Part shown: piece by piece, positions 49,758 to 59,560 of the stretch
Position numbering within the stretch: the first letter of the stretch is position 1
Layout: each line of letters begins with the position of its first letter
Source: Lachnospiraceae bacterium
GTDB lineage: Bacteria; Bacillota; Clostridia; Lachnospirales; Lachnospiraceae
NCBI GenBank assembly: GCA_017532145.1
Contig: JAFXJR010000068.1
Span: forward strand, 20,919-84,918
Direction: 5' to 3'
DNA: 64,000 nt
Program-made: the position numbers and the translations under genes
Notes under the pieces: model-generated
What the model saw: only the letters and a program-made list of their open reading frames with translations
The model's database searches: none
What the model was told of the DNA's origin: nothing

Positions 49758-49786
49758 TTGACGTTAATAGGTGGTTATTTTATAAT
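49758..49786 (+). promoter_or_regulatory. SigA-type promoter of the yicC-remA-gmk-rpoZ operon
   Basis: TTGACG-17bp-TATAAT. Confidence 0.7.
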
Positions 49787-49843
49787 AGGGTGGAATATTC
49801 AGAGCGATTAAGGTTTCCAGACTTTGAAAGGAACAAGGTTATA

Positions 49844-50725
49844 ATGATGATAAAAAGTATGACAGGATTTGGCAGATATGAGGTATCGGTAACAGAGCGT
49901 AGAGTAACAGTAGAGATGAAGGCGGTCAATCACAGATATTCAGACATCAGTATTAAACTGCCCAAGAAACTCGGTTTTTTTGAATCGGCAATCCGAGCAG
50001 AACTAAAGAATTATATTCAAAGAGGAAAGGTAGACGTTTTTATCACTTATGAGGATTTTACGGAGAGTAACGTCTGCATAAAATATAATAGGGAGATTGC
50101 TGCTGCCTATATGAAGTACCTGGATCAGATGGCAGGAGAGTTTGGCTTAGACAATGACATAAGGATTTCCACTCTTTCTCGCTATCCGGAGGTGTTTTCC
50201 ATGGAGGAGCAGGAGATGGATGAAGAGGGTATCTGGAAGGTATTGCATCCGGCTTTGCAGGGAGCGGCAGAGAACTTTGTAGAAACCAGAATCAGAGAGG
50301 GAGAAAATTTAAAAGCAGATTTGTTGGCTAAGCTGGAGGAAATGCTCAATCAGGTAGCCTTTATTGAATCCCGTTCTCCAAAGCTGATGGATGAATATAA
50401 GTCCAGATTGAGAGAAAAGGTTAAGGAACTGTTAGAGGATTCTCAGATTGATGAAAACCGGTTGCTTATGGAGGTGGCTATCCTGGCTGACAGGGCTTGT
50501 GTGGATGAGGAACTGGTACGTCTGAAAAGCCATATTGAAACTTCAAAAAAGACATTGGAGGCTGGAGGCAGTATTGGCAGAAAGCTGGATTTTATTGCAC
50601 AGGAGATGAATCGGGAGGCCAATACGATTCTGTCTAAGGCTAACGATTTAGAGATATCTGAGCGGGCGATTGAATTAAAGACGGAGATTGAAAAGGTCAG
50701 AGAGCAGATACAGAATATAGAGTAG
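49844..50725 (+). CDS. YicC/YloC family endoribonuclease
   Basis: MIKSMTGFG, VNHRY, DEELVRLKSH, GRKLDFIAQEMNREANT. Confidence 0.93.
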   Translation: MMIKSMTGFGRYEVSVTERRVTVEMKAVNHRYSDISIKLPKKLGFFESAIRAELKNYIQRGKVDVFITYEDFTESNVCIKYNREIAAAYMKYLDQMAGEFGLDNDIRISTLSRYPEVFSMEEQEMDEEGIWKVLHPALQGAAENFVETRIREGENLKADLLAKLEEMLNQVAFIESRSPKLMDEYKSRLREKVKELLEDSQIDENRLLMEVAILADRACVDEELVRLKSHIETSKKTLEAGGSIGRKLDFIAQEMNREANTILSKANDLEISERAIELKTEIEKVREQIQNIE

Positions 50726-50734
50726 GCAGGGCAT

Positions 50735-50995
50735 ATGGCAAGGTTGATTCATATTGGTTTTGGAAATATTGTAAATACAGGAAAGATTGTGGCTATCGTC
50801 AGTCCCGACTCGGCGCCGGTGAAACGATTGGTACAGGGGGCAAGAGAAGAGGGCAGGGTGATTGATGCTACCCAGGGCAGAAAAACGAAGGCTGTGCTGG
50901 TGATGGAAAACAGTCAGCTTGTTCTGTCAGCACTTCTTCCGGAGACGATTGCAGGCAGGGTACAGGCGGAAAGTGAGGATACAAATGAAGGATAA
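50735..50995 (+). CDS. remA: RemA/YlzA (DUF370) regulator
   Basis: IHIGFGNIV..SPDSAPVKRL..IDATQGRKT. Confidence 0.9.
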   Translation: MARLIHIGFGNIVNTGKIVAIVSPDSAPVKRLVQGAREEGRVIDATQGRKTKAVLVMENSQLVLSALLPETIAGRVQAESEDTNEG

Positions 50996-51620
50996 AGGAA
51001 TTTTAGTAGTGGTGTCAGGGTTTTCCGGTGCAGGTAAGGGAACGTTGATGAAGCGTTTGCTGCAGGAATATGATAATTATGCACTGTCTATTTCCATGAC
51101 AACCCGACTTCCCAGAGAGGGAGAACAGGATGGAAGGGATTACTTTTTTGTTACAAAAGAAGCATTTGAAGACAGGATTGCAAAGGATGGATTGATTGAA
51201 TTTGCTTCTTACTGTGGGAATTATTATGGTACACCTAAGGAGTATGTGGAGCAGCAGCTTGCAGCAGGGAAGGATGTTATTCTGGAAATTGAGATTCAGG
51301 GTGCTTTAAAGGTTAGAGAAAGGTTTCCAAAGGCTCTTTTGTTGTTTGTAATGCCGCCTACATCGAAAGAACTGGAAAGACGTTTGGCAGGCAGAGGAAC
51401 AGAGAGTCCTGAGCAAATTCAAAGAAGACTGGAGAGGGCTTCTGAGGAGGCAGAGGGGATAGAATGCTATGATTATATCATAGTAAATGATGACTTGGAA
51501 ACGTGTACAAAGGAGCTTCATTCCATTATCCGGGCCGCTCATGGTACACCGGGAAGAAATGAAGCATTTATAGAAAATATGAGACAGGAGCTGAAGGCTC
51601 TGGTGAAAGGAGAAAAATAA
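50985..51620 (+). CDS. gmk: Guanylate kinase
   Basis: SGFSGAGKGT, TTRLPREGE, YYGT. Confidence 0.95.
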   Translation: MKDKGILVVVSGFSGAGKGTLMKRLLQEYDNYALSISMTTRLPREGEQDGRDYFFVTKEAFEDRIAKDGLIEFASYCGNYYGTPKEYVEQQLAAGKDVILEIEIQGALKVRERFPKALLLFVMPPTSKELERRLAGRGTESPEQIQRRLERASEEAEGIECYDYIIVNDDLETCTKELHSIIRAAHGTPGRNEAFIENMRQELKALVKGEK

Positions 51621-52162
51621 TGTTACATCCATCTTATTCCGATTTAATGAAAGTAGTAAACAGTGAGGTGGAGCCTGGAGAGGCCCCGGTAGTTAATAGC
51701 AGATATTCTATTGTAATGGCTACCTCTAAAAGAGCAAGGCAGATTGTAGGGGGAGCTGAGCCATTGGTACATGCAGCCGGCAAAAAGCCATTATCTGTAG
51801 CAGTGGATGAGTTAAATCAGGCAAAAATCAGAATTTTAAGTGAAGAAGAGGCAGAGGAACAAAGGTTGCAGCTGGCTGAGTGGGAGGCAATGAAGGAAGA
51901 AGCGTTGAAGGAAGAAGCTCGGCAGGAGGAACCAAAGAAGGAGCAAAGTATGCTTGCTAAAATCCAAGTGGGAGAAGATGAACTGGCTGGTATAGAGCTT
52001 AGCAAACATATGCTGGCTGCTATAGGGGATGAGTTGGCTAAAAGAGAAATGCTGAAAGAGGAATTAGCTGAGAAGGATACCGCAGATGAGGCCATAGCTG
52101 CTGAGGATACAGGAGAAAAAACTGCTGAGAAGACACTTAAACCGGAGGCAGAGGAAGATTAA
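51620..52162 (+). CDS. rpoZ: RNA polymerase omega subunit with long acidic C-terminal extension
   Basis: MLHPSY..NSRYSIVMATSKRARQI..KPLSVAVDEL; follows gmk. Confidence 0.88.
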   Translation: MLHPSYSDLMKVVNSEVEPGEAPVVNSRYSIVMATSKRARQIVGGAEPLVHAAGKKPLSVAVDELNQAKIRILSEEEAEEQRLQLAEWEAMKEEALKEEARQEEPKKEQSMLAKIQVGEDELAGIELSKHMLAAIGDELAKREMLKEELAEKDTADEAIAAEDTGEKTAEKTLKPEAEED

Positions 52163-52175
52163 ATAGCTTGAACAC

Positions 52176-52208
52176 AAATATGCTCGTAGGAACTGCGGGC
52201 ATATTTTT
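52176..52208 (+). terminator. Intrinsic terminator after rpoZ
   Basis: AAATATGCTCGTAG...CTGCGGGCATATTTTT. Confidence 0.7.
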
Positions 52209-52334
52209 CTCTAAGGAAACGCTGATTAAATTATCGTTTCCCTAAAATATTGTCAATAGCTGCCGGCAGGTGATGACAGCCTGCCGGATGAGGTATATAA
52301 AGGTTTAATGTAAATATGAAAGGTATAGGATAAA

Positions 52335-53672
52335 ATGAAAATATTATTTGTATCACTGGGATGTGATAAGAATCTGGTGGATTCTGAAGTGATGCTGGGT
52401 ATGCTGGAAGAAAAGGGGTATGCTTTTACCGATGATGAAACGGAGGCACAGGTTATTGTGATTAATACCTGCTGTTTTATCAATGATGCCAAAGAAGAAA
52501 GTATTAATACTATTTTGGAAATGGCAGAGCTGAAAAAAAGTGGTCAGGTAAAGGCACTGATTGTAACCGGCTGTCTGGCACAACGCTACAAAGAGGAAAT
52601 CCAAAAGGAAATCGAAGAGGTAGATGCCATCCTGGGGACTTCTGCCCTTGATAAAATTGTAGAGGCGGTAGAAGAAGTGCTGAAGGGTAAAGGAGAAAAC
52701 TATCTGCTTCCTTTGGATAAGAAGCCCTCAGGGGACAACAGGAGGTTAATTACCACAGGAGGCCACTACGCTTATCTTAAAATTGCGGAGGGCTGTGATA
52801 AACATTGTACTTATTGTATTATTCCCAAGGTGAGAGGCCGATATCGGAGTGTTCCTCAGGAACAGTTAGTAGCAGAGGCAGAAAAGCTGGTGAGTCAGGG
52901 AGTCAGGGAGTTGATTTTGGTTGCACAGGAGACTACGCTTTATGGCTGGGATTTGTACGGAGAAAAGCGGCTGCCCCAGTTGCTTCACAGACTTTGTCAA
53001 ATAGAAGAATTGCGTTGGATTAGGATTCTTTACTGTTATCCGGAGGAAATTACAGAGGAGCTGATTCAAACCATAAAGGAGGAAGAAAAAATCTGTCATT
53101 ATCTGGATATTCCCATACAGCATGGCTCTGACGATATTTTAAAGCGGATGGGAAGAAGAACTAATAGTGAAGAGATTCGGACTGTGGTAGCAAAGCTTAG
53201 AAATGCTATTCCTGACATTTGTTTAAGAACTACGTTGATTACAGGATTTCCTGGTGAAACACAGGAGGACCATGAGCGGGTGATGGCTTTTGTGGATGAA
53301 ATGGAGTTTGACCGTTTAGGTGTATTTGCCTACTCTCAGGAAGAAGATACTCCGGCTGCTAATCTGCCTGACCAGATTGAGGAGGAAGTGAAGGAAGCCA
53401 GAAGAGAACAGCTGATGGAGTTACAGCAGGAAATTGCTTATGAGGCAGCAGAAAAAATGGTAGGAAGACAGCTGGTGGCTATGGTGGAGGGAAAGGTGGC
53501 AGATGAAGATGCCTATGTGGCCAGAACCTATAAGGATGCTCCTGGTGTGGACGGCTATCTATTTCTTCATACAGACAGACAGCTGATGAGTGGAGACTTT
53601 GTGAAAGTAAAGGTAACAGGTTCTCTGGAATATGATTTGATAGGAGAGATATGTGATGAATTTACCGAATAA
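52335..53672 (+). CDS. rimO: Ribosomal protein S12 methylthiotransferase
   Basis: SLGCDKNLVDSE, NTCCFI, AYLKIAEGCDKHCTYC, TRAM domain. Confidence 0.93.
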   Translation: MKILFVSLGCDKNLVDSEVMLGMLEEKGYAFTDDETEAQVIVINTCCFINDAKEESINTILEMAELKKSGQVKALIVTGCLAQRYKEEIQKEIEEVDAILGTSALDKIVEAVEEVLKGKGENYLLPLDKKPSGDNRRLITTGGHYAYLKIAEGCDKHCTYCIIPKVRGRYRSVPQEQLVAEAEKLVSQGVRELILVAQETTLYGWDLYGEKRLPQLLHRLCQIEELRWIRILYCYPEEITEELIQTIKEEEKICHYLDIPIQHGSDDILKRMGRRTNSEEIRTVVAKLRNAIPDICLRTTLITGFPGETQEDHERVMAFVDEMEFDRLGVFAYSQEEDTPAANLPDQIEEEVKEARREQLMELQQEIAYEAAEKMVGRQLVAMVEGKVADEDAYVARTYKDAPGVDGYLFLHTDRQLMSGDFVKVKVTGSLEYDLIGEICDEFTE

Positions 53673-54183
53673 GCTAACTACCCTACGTGTGCTTATGATT
53701 CCTTTTTTCGTTGTGTTTATGCTGGTTCCCATAACAGGAGAGTGGGATAAGTGGATTGCGCTCACTCTGTTTATTCTAGCCAGTCTTACCGATATGCTGG
53801 ATGGACAGATTGCAAGAAAGTATAATCTGGTGACTACCTTCGGTAAGTTTATGGATCCACTGGCGGATAAGCTATTGGTTTGTTCCGCCTTAATTTGTCT
53901 GGTGGACAAAGAAAGAATCCCCTCCTGGATTGTAATTTTAATTATTGCCAGAGAGTTTATTATCAGTGGCTTCCGACTGGTAGCTTCTGACAAGGGCGTG
54001 GTAATTGCAGCCAGCTACTGGGGAAAATTTAAGACGGTTTCCCATATGCTGATGATTGGATTAATGATTTGTAATCTGGAAGCACTTCATTGGGTAACGG
54101 ATATTGTGATGTGGATAGCCCTTATCCTGACAGTGGTTTCTTTGGCAGACTATCTCATCAAAAATAAAGAGGTAATAAAGTAA
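53656..54183 (+). CDS. pgsA: CDP-diacylglycerol--glycerol-3-phosphate 3-phosphatidyltransferase
   Basis: NLPNKLTTLR, DMLDGQIARK...GKFMDPLADK. Confidence 0.94.
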   Translation: MNLPNKLTTLRVLMIPFFVVFMLVPITGEWDKWIALTLFILASLTDMLDGQIARKYNLVTTFGKFMDPLADKLLVCSALICLVDKERIPSWIVILIIAREFIISGFRLVASDKGVVIAASYWGKFKTVSHMLMIGLMICNLEALHWVTDIVMWIALILTVVSLADYLIKNKEVIK

Positions 54184-54191
54184 ATTTAGCC

Positions 54192-54324
54192 ATAACTATT
54201 CAGCCGGTCTGCACACTTGCTATGCTGACTGGAGGAAAGTGTAGGTGTAGCGAGCAAAATTCTATTGCCATAGGCGATTTTCATAGATTTTTGCAGCATA
54301 ACGGTGAAGATATTGAACGGTTAT
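54192..54324 (+). repeat. Dispersed inverted-repeat element, copy 5 (full length) between pgsA and cinA
   Basis: ATAACTATTCAGCCGGTCTGCACACTTGCT...GCCATAGGCGATTTTCATAGATTTTTGC...TGAACGGTTAT. Confidence 0.9.
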
Positions 54325-54353
54325 ATTTGGCAAAATTGAAAAGGAGAGAGAAA

Positions 54354-55598
54354 ATGGAACAGGTAAAGACGGTAGAATTAATATCTGTAGGAACAGAGCT
54401 GCTGTTAGGAAATATTGTGAATACCAATGCAGCTTGGCTGGCAGAGCAGTGTGCGGCTCTGGGACTGTCCTGTTTTTATCAAACGGTAGTAGGAGACAAT
54501 GAAGAAAGGCTTTCCGCTGTATTAAAGACAGCTCTGGAACGGTCAGACGTGGTGATTCTATCCGGAGGACTGGGCCCTACAGCAGACGACTTGACAAAGG
54601 AGACTACAGCCAAAGTGATGGGACGGAGACTACTGATGGATGAGCCTTCCAGACGACATATTCAAGAGTATTTTCAGAAAAAGTCTATGGAGATTCCAGA
54701 AAATAACTGGAAGCAGGCGTTGATTCCAGAAAATGCTTTGGCGATAGAAAATGAAAATGGCACAGCACCGGGGATTCTTTTGGAGGAGGAGAAGCATATT
54801 GTTATTCTGCTTCCCGGACCTCCTAATGAGCTGCTTCCTATGTTTACCCAAAGGATTGCCCCTTATCTTGCCAGTAAAACAGGCGGAACTATCTGTTCCC
54901 GTACCATAAAAATCTGTGGCATAGGGGAGAGTCGGGTGGAGACGATAATAAAGGATATTATGCAAACGCAAACTAATCCCACCATAGCACCCTATGCCAA
55001 AAATGGCGAGGTTCATCTGCGGCTTACCGCTCAGGCAGAGAGTAAGGAGCAGGCAGAGGTTATGATACAGCCTATGCTGGAAGAGCTGCAGCAGAGATTT
55101 GGTGAAAATATCTATACTGTTCAGGAAGAAATTACTCTGGAGCAGGCTGTTTATCATCTGCTTTTAGAAAAGGAGTGGAGTGTTTGTACTGCTGAATCCT
55201 GTACTGGTGGAATGCTGGCAGGCAGGCTGATTAATGTGCCTGGAGTTTCTCAAGTGTTTAAATCAGGCTATGTTACCTATTCCAACCAGGCGAAAGAGGA
55301 AATTCTGGGTGTAGAAAAGGAACTGCTGGAGACCTATGGAGCTGTCAGCAGTCAGACAGCAGAGGCTATGGCCAGAGGAGCAGCCAAAACTGCCGGAACA
55401 CAGGTGGCAGTAGCAGTAACGGGAATTGCAGGTCCTGATGGGGGAACAGAGGAAAAACCGGTGGGACTGGTTTATATTTCCTGCTATTGTCAGGGAAAAG
55501 TCAGAACAGAAAAGTTTCAGTTTAAGGGAAGCAGGGCAAAGGTAAGAGAAGCTTCGGTAGCCTCTGCTCTTATTTTGCTCAGACAGTGTATTCGATAA
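54354..55598 (+). CDS. cinA: Competence/damage-inducible protein CinA
   Basis: VGTELLLG, GGLGPTADD, LPGPP, AESCTGG, TGIAGPDGG. Confidence 0.93.
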   Translation: MEQVKTVELISVGTELLLGNIVNTNAAWLAEQCAALGLSCFYQTVVGDNEERLSAVLKTALERSDVVILSGGLGPTADDLTKETTAKVMGRRLLMDEPSRRHIQEYFQKKSMEIPENNWKQALIPENALAIENENGTAPGILLEEEKHIVILLPGPPNELLPMFTQRIAPYLASKTGGTICSRTIKICGIGESRVETIIKDIMQTQTNPTIAPYAKNGEVHLRLTAQAESKEQAEVMIQPMLEELQQRFGENIYTVQEEITLEQAVYHLLLEKEWSVCTAESCTGGMLAGRLINVPGVSQVFKSGYVTYSNQAKEEILGVEKELLETYGAVSSQTAEAMARGAAKTAGTQVAVAVTGIAGPDGGTEEKPVGLVYISCYCQGKVRTEKFQFKGSRAKVREASVASALILLRQCIR

Positions 55599-55791
55599 AA
55601 GGCAGAGGTGGAAAAGGATTGACGCAGGAGGCAAGCTATGTTAGAGTAGGTAAAAATATCCGTGAATTATTCATTTTGGCATTTTAACCAAATCAGGGAA
55701 GTGTTGTAGTGAACACTTTTACTTTGGCTATGTTTGCATGTCGCCAATCATTCCCACATGAATTAGAGAAAACATGAGTAGCAAAAAGAAA

Positions 55792-55839
55792 TTGACAAAA
55801 CAGAACGTTTGTTTTATCCTATATACAGAACATACGTTC
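55792..55839 (+). promoter_or_regulatory. recA promoter with LexA (DinR/Cheo) boxes
   Basis: TTGACA-17bp-TATCCT; GAAC-GTTT-GTTT at 55803 and perfect GAAC-ATAC-GTTC at 55828. Confidence 0.85.
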
Positions 55840-55873
55840 CGAAAATAGGATAGGAAGTATAGGAGATGGTTTA

Positions 55874-57007
55874 ATGGAAAAAGAAGAAAAGCAGAAAGCC
55901 TTGGAAGCGGCCCTTGCCCATATAGAAAAGCAGTTTGGAAAAGGGGCAGTGATGAAGCTGGGAGATCCCCGGACACAGATGAATATAGAAACGATTCCCA
56001 CAGGCTCTTTAAGTCTGGACGTGGCTTTGGGACTGGGAGGCATCCCCAAAGGAAGGATTGTAGAGATTTATGGACCGGAATCCAGTGGTAAGACCACAGT
56101 TACTCTGCATATGATTGCTAAGGTACAACAGATGGGAGGAATTGCAGGCTTTATTGATGCTGAGCATGCACTGGATCCTGTATATGCAAAAAATATCGGT
56201 GTAGATGTGGACAATTTGTATATTTCCCAGCCGGACAATGGAGAGCAGGCTCTGGAAATTACAGAAACGATGGTGCGTTCTGGTGCCATCGATTTAGTGG
56301 TGGTGGATTCTGTGGCAGCTCTGGTGCCAAAGGCAGAGATTGAGGGAGACATGGGAGACAGCCATGTAGGCTTACAGGCTCGTTTGATGTCTCAGGCACT
56401 GCGTAAGCTGACGGCAGTGATCAGCAAGTCAAACTGTACGGTTATCTTTATTAACCAGCTAAGAGAAAAGGTAGGGGTTATGTTTGGTAATCCGGAGACC
56501 ACTACTGGCGGACGTGCTTTGAAATTCTACTCCTCTGTAAGATTGGATGTAAGAAGGGTAGAAGCGTTAAAGCAGAGTGGAGAAGTCATTGGTAACAGAA
56601 CCAGAGTCAAGGTAGTAAAGAATAAGATTGCACCTCCCTTTAAAGAGGCAGAGTTTGATATTATGTTTGGTGAAGGTATTTCCCAGGTAGGAGACATACT
56701 GGATTTGGCTGCCAAGAATAATATTGTGAATAAGAGTGGTGCCTGGTATGCCTATGAAGGAAATAAAATTGGACAGGGACGTGAAAATACTAAACAGTAT
56801 CTCAAGGATAATCCGGAGGTATGCAGAGAGATTGAAGAGAAAGTACGTGTCCAGTTTGGATTAAATACAGGTAAGGGGGATGCAGCGGGAGAGCAGAAGG
56901 AAGATAAGAGAGCAGGAATGACACAGGGAGAAGAAACAGAACAGATGGCACAAACTGCTCAGTCAGATTCTGTTCTTCAGATGGAAGATGATAGTAACCA
57001 GGATTGA
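55874..57007 (+). CDS. recA: Recombinase A
   Basis: [35 protein letters not shown]. Confidence 0.98.
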   Translation: MEKEEKQKALEAALAHIEKQFGKGAVMKLGDPRTQMNIETIPTGSLSLDVALGLGGIPKGRIVEIYGPESSGKTTVTLHMIAKVQQMGGIAGFIDAEHALDPVYAKNIGVDVDNLYISQPDNGEQALEITETMVRSGAIDLVVVDSVAALVPKAEIEGDMGDSHVGLQARLMSQALRKLTAVISKSNCTVIFINQLREKVGVMFGNPETTTGGRALKFYSSVRLDVRRVEALKQSGEVIGNRTRVKVVKNKIAPPFKEAEFDIMFGEGISQVGDILDLAAKNNIVNKSGAWYAYEGNKIGQGRENTKQYLKDNPEVCREIEEKVRVQFGLNTGKGDAAGEQKEDKRAGMTQGEETEQMAQTAQSDSVLQMEDDSNQD

Positions 57008-57611
57008 AGAAGTTAACCAGAAAAAAATCAGAGTCTTTATCGACCATGAATTTGCTTTTGTATTGTATAAGGGGGAATTACGGAAGTATCATATTCTGGA
57101 GGGCAGTACATTAGAGGAAAAACTCTATCGGGAGATTTTACAGGAGGTACTGCCCAAAAGGGCTAAGCTAAGATGTCTGAACCTTTTAAAAGCCAGACCC
57201 TACACAGAAAAGCAGCTTAAGGATAAGCTACGGGAGGGAGAATATGGACAGGCACTGATAGAAGAAGCTGTAGCCTATGTCAAATCTTATGGATATATAG
57301 ACGACAGAAAATATGCCAGTGACTATCTTTCTTCTTACGGACAGTACAGAAGTCGGAGAAGAATAGAACAGGAGCTTTTGACCAAGGGAGTAGCCAAAGA
57401 GATTATCAGGGAAATTTTTGACAGGATGGAAGAAGCAGGAGAGGAAACTGATGAACTGGCTATGGCAGTGAAGCTGTTAGAAAAGAAAAATTATCATCCT
57501 GATACAGCCTCATTTAAAGAAAAGCAGAAGCTTTCCGCATTTTTATATCGAAAAGGATTTACATCTGAGACAATTAGAACAGCACTTTCACTTGACATAA
57601 CCTCAAATTAA
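56988..57611 (+). CDS. recX: Regulatory protein RecX
   Basis: Follows recA; GYIDD..YA, EL..KGV, FLYRKGF. Confidence 0.9.
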   Translation: MIVTRIEEVNQKKIRVFIDHEFAFVLYKGELRKYHILEGSTLEEKLYREILQEVLPKRAKLRCLNLLKARPYTEKQLKDKLREGEYGQALIEEAVAYVKSYGYIDDRKYASDYLSSYGQYRSRRRIEQELLTKGVAKEIIREIFDRMEEAGEETDELAMAVKLLEKKNYHPDTASFKEKQKLSAFLYRKGFTSETIRTALSLDITSN

Positions 57612-57620
57612 GTTTAAAAT
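57592..57620 (+). promoter_or_regulatory. SigA-type promoter of rny
   Basis: TTGACA-17bp-TAAAAT at the end of recX. Confidence 0.7.
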
Positions 57621-57721
57621 TGAACTGTTGTAGAATCGCTTGGTAGATATTTTACCTGAGTCAGAAAATCTCCCTTAAAGTTTTCTGATTCCAGCATTCT
57701 ATAGATAATAGTACAATGAAA

Positions 57722-57812
57722 GTAACTATGCAGCAGGTCTGCACGCTTGCTGTGCTGACCATAGGAAAACGTAGTTACAACGATGGTAACGGTGAGCGTA
57801 CTAAACAGTTAC
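57722..57812 (+). repeat. Dispersed inverted-repeat element, copy 6 (intermediate form) in the rny leader
   Basis: GTAACTATGCAGCAGGTCTGCACGCTTGCTGTGCTGACC...GTACTAAACAGTTAC; second hairpin absent. Confidence 0.85.
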
Positions 57813-57845
57813 CAATGAAAATTGAATAAGGAGGTGCTCCTGTAC

Positions 57846-59390
57846 ATGGATGTTGTAATCGCGGTCATCGTAACGTTGGTAATCGCAGTGCCTGTATCTG
57901 CTGTAGCAGCCATGTCTTATCGTAAAAAGATTATTGAGACCAAGCTGGGAAATGCAGAAGAGAAGGCCAGGGAAATTATCGATGCTGCTCTGAAGACTGC
58001 TGAAACAAAGAAGCGTGAGTCTTTGCTGGAGGTCAAGGAAGAGTCCATTCGTACCAAAAATGAATTGGACAAGGAGATCAAAGAACGCAGAGCTGAAGCG
58101 CAGCGTTATGAACGTAGGATTCAGCAGAAGGAAGAAAATATCGATAAGAAAGCAGATGCCATTGAAAAGAAAGAAGCGAGTCTGGTAGCCAAGGAAGAAA
58201 AGCTGGCCAAGGATCGGGAAGAAGTTACGAAGCTCAATGAACAAAGATTACAGGAACTGGAGCGAATCTCAGGTCTGACCTCCGACCAAGCAAAAGATTA
58301 TTTGTTAAAGATTGTTGAAGATGAAGTAAAGCATGAGACTGCCGTAATGATTAAGGAAATGGAGATCAGGGCCAAAGAAGAAGCGGATAAAAAGGCAAAG
58401 GAATATGTAGTGACCGCTATTCAAAGGTGTGCTGCAGACCATGTATCTGAGACTACAATATCCGTAGTTCAGCTGCCAAACGATGAGATGAAGGGCAGGA
58501 TTATCGGAAGAGAAGGAAGAAATATTCGTACTCTTGAGACACTGACAGGAGTAGACTTGATTATTGATGATACTCCGGAAGCAGTCATTCTGTCAGGCTT
58601 TGATCCCATTCGCAGAGAGGTAGCTAGAATTGCCTTGGAAAAACTGATTGTGGACGGACGTATTCATCCGGCCAGAATTGAGGAAATGGTGGAAAAGGCA
58701 CAGCGGGAAGTAGAAGTCATGATTAAGGAAGAAGGAGAAGCTTCCATACTTGAGGTAGGAATCCATGGCATTCATCCTGAGCTGGTCAAGCTGTTAGGTA
58801 AGATGAAGTTCCGATTCAGCTATGGACAGAATGCACTAAGACATTCTATTGAGGTGGCTCAGCTTTCCGGACTTTTGGCAGCAGAGATGGGGCTGGATGT
58901 AAGATTGGCTAAGAGAGCTGGTTTACTTCATGATATTGGTAAGGCTGTAGACCATGAGATGGAAGGTTCTCATATCCAATTGGGCGTGGAACTTTGTAAG
59001 AAGTACAAAGAGTCTGCCACTGTAATTAATGCAGTGGAATCTCACCATGGAGACGTGGAACCCCAATTTCTGATTTCCTGTCTGGTACAGGCTGCAGATA
59101 CTATATCAGCAGCGAGACCGGGAGCCAGAAGAGAAACATTGGAAACATATACAAGCAGATTGAAACAATTAGAAGATATTACAAATAATTTTAAGGGTGT
59201 TGACAAATCTTTTGCTATACAGGCGGGTAGAGAGGTTCGTGTAATGGTAGTTCCGGAACAGATTACGGATGCAGACATGGTATTGTTGGCAAGGGATATT
59301 TCAAAACAGATAGAAGCTGAATTAGAATATCCGGGTCAGATAAAGGTAAATCTAATTAGGGAATCCCGTGTTGTAGATTATGCGAAATAA
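57846..59390 (+). CDS. rny: Ribonuclease Y
   Basis: TM, coiled coil, KH domain ([14 protein letters not shown]), HD domain (LLHDIGK). Confidence 0.97.
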   Translation: MDVVIAVIVTLVIAVPVSAVAAMSYRKKIIETKLGNAEEKAREIIDAALKTAETKKRESLLEVKEESIRTKNELDKEIKERRAEAQRYERRIQQKEENIDKKADAIEKKEASLVAKEEKLAKDREEVTKLNEQRLQELERISGLTSDQAKDYLLKIVEDEVKHETAVMIKEMEIRAKEEADKKAKEYVVTAIQRCAADHVSETTISVVQLPNDEMKGRIIGREGRNIRTLETLTGVDLIIDDTPEAVILSGFDPIRREVARIALEKLIVDGRIHPARIEEMVEKAQREVEVMIKEEGEASILEVGIHGIHPELVKLLGKMKFRFSYGQNALRHSIEVAQLSGLLAAEMGLDVRLAKRAGLLHDIGKAVDHEMEGSHIQLGVELCKKYKESATVINAVESHHGDVEPQFLISCLVQAADTISAARPGARRETLETYTSRLKQLEDITNNFKGVDKSFAIQAGREVRVMVVPEQITDADMVLLARDISKQIEAELEYPGQIKVNLIRESRVVDYAK

Positions 59391-59400
59391 GAATCTGTTA

Positions 59401-59438
59401 GGTCCTGAAAACTTCGGTTTTCAGGGCTTTTTCTTTTT
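59401..59438 (+). terminator. Intrinsic terminator after rny
   Basis: CCTGAAAAC-TTCG-GTTTTCAGG followed by a T-tract. Confidence 0.85.
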
Positions 59439-59560
59439 CCTAAAAAAATCTCTTGTATAAATACATACCTTGTAGTACAATAATATACCAGATGTATGAT
59501 TGTATACGATTATCCAATAAGGATAAAGAATACTATGGTGAGTTAAGAGGATGGTGGAAG

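Noticed and set aside
2040-57812. Repeats as a possible CRISPR array
   Set aside because: Copies are dispersed and of variable length, with no repeat-spacer periodicity and no cas genes
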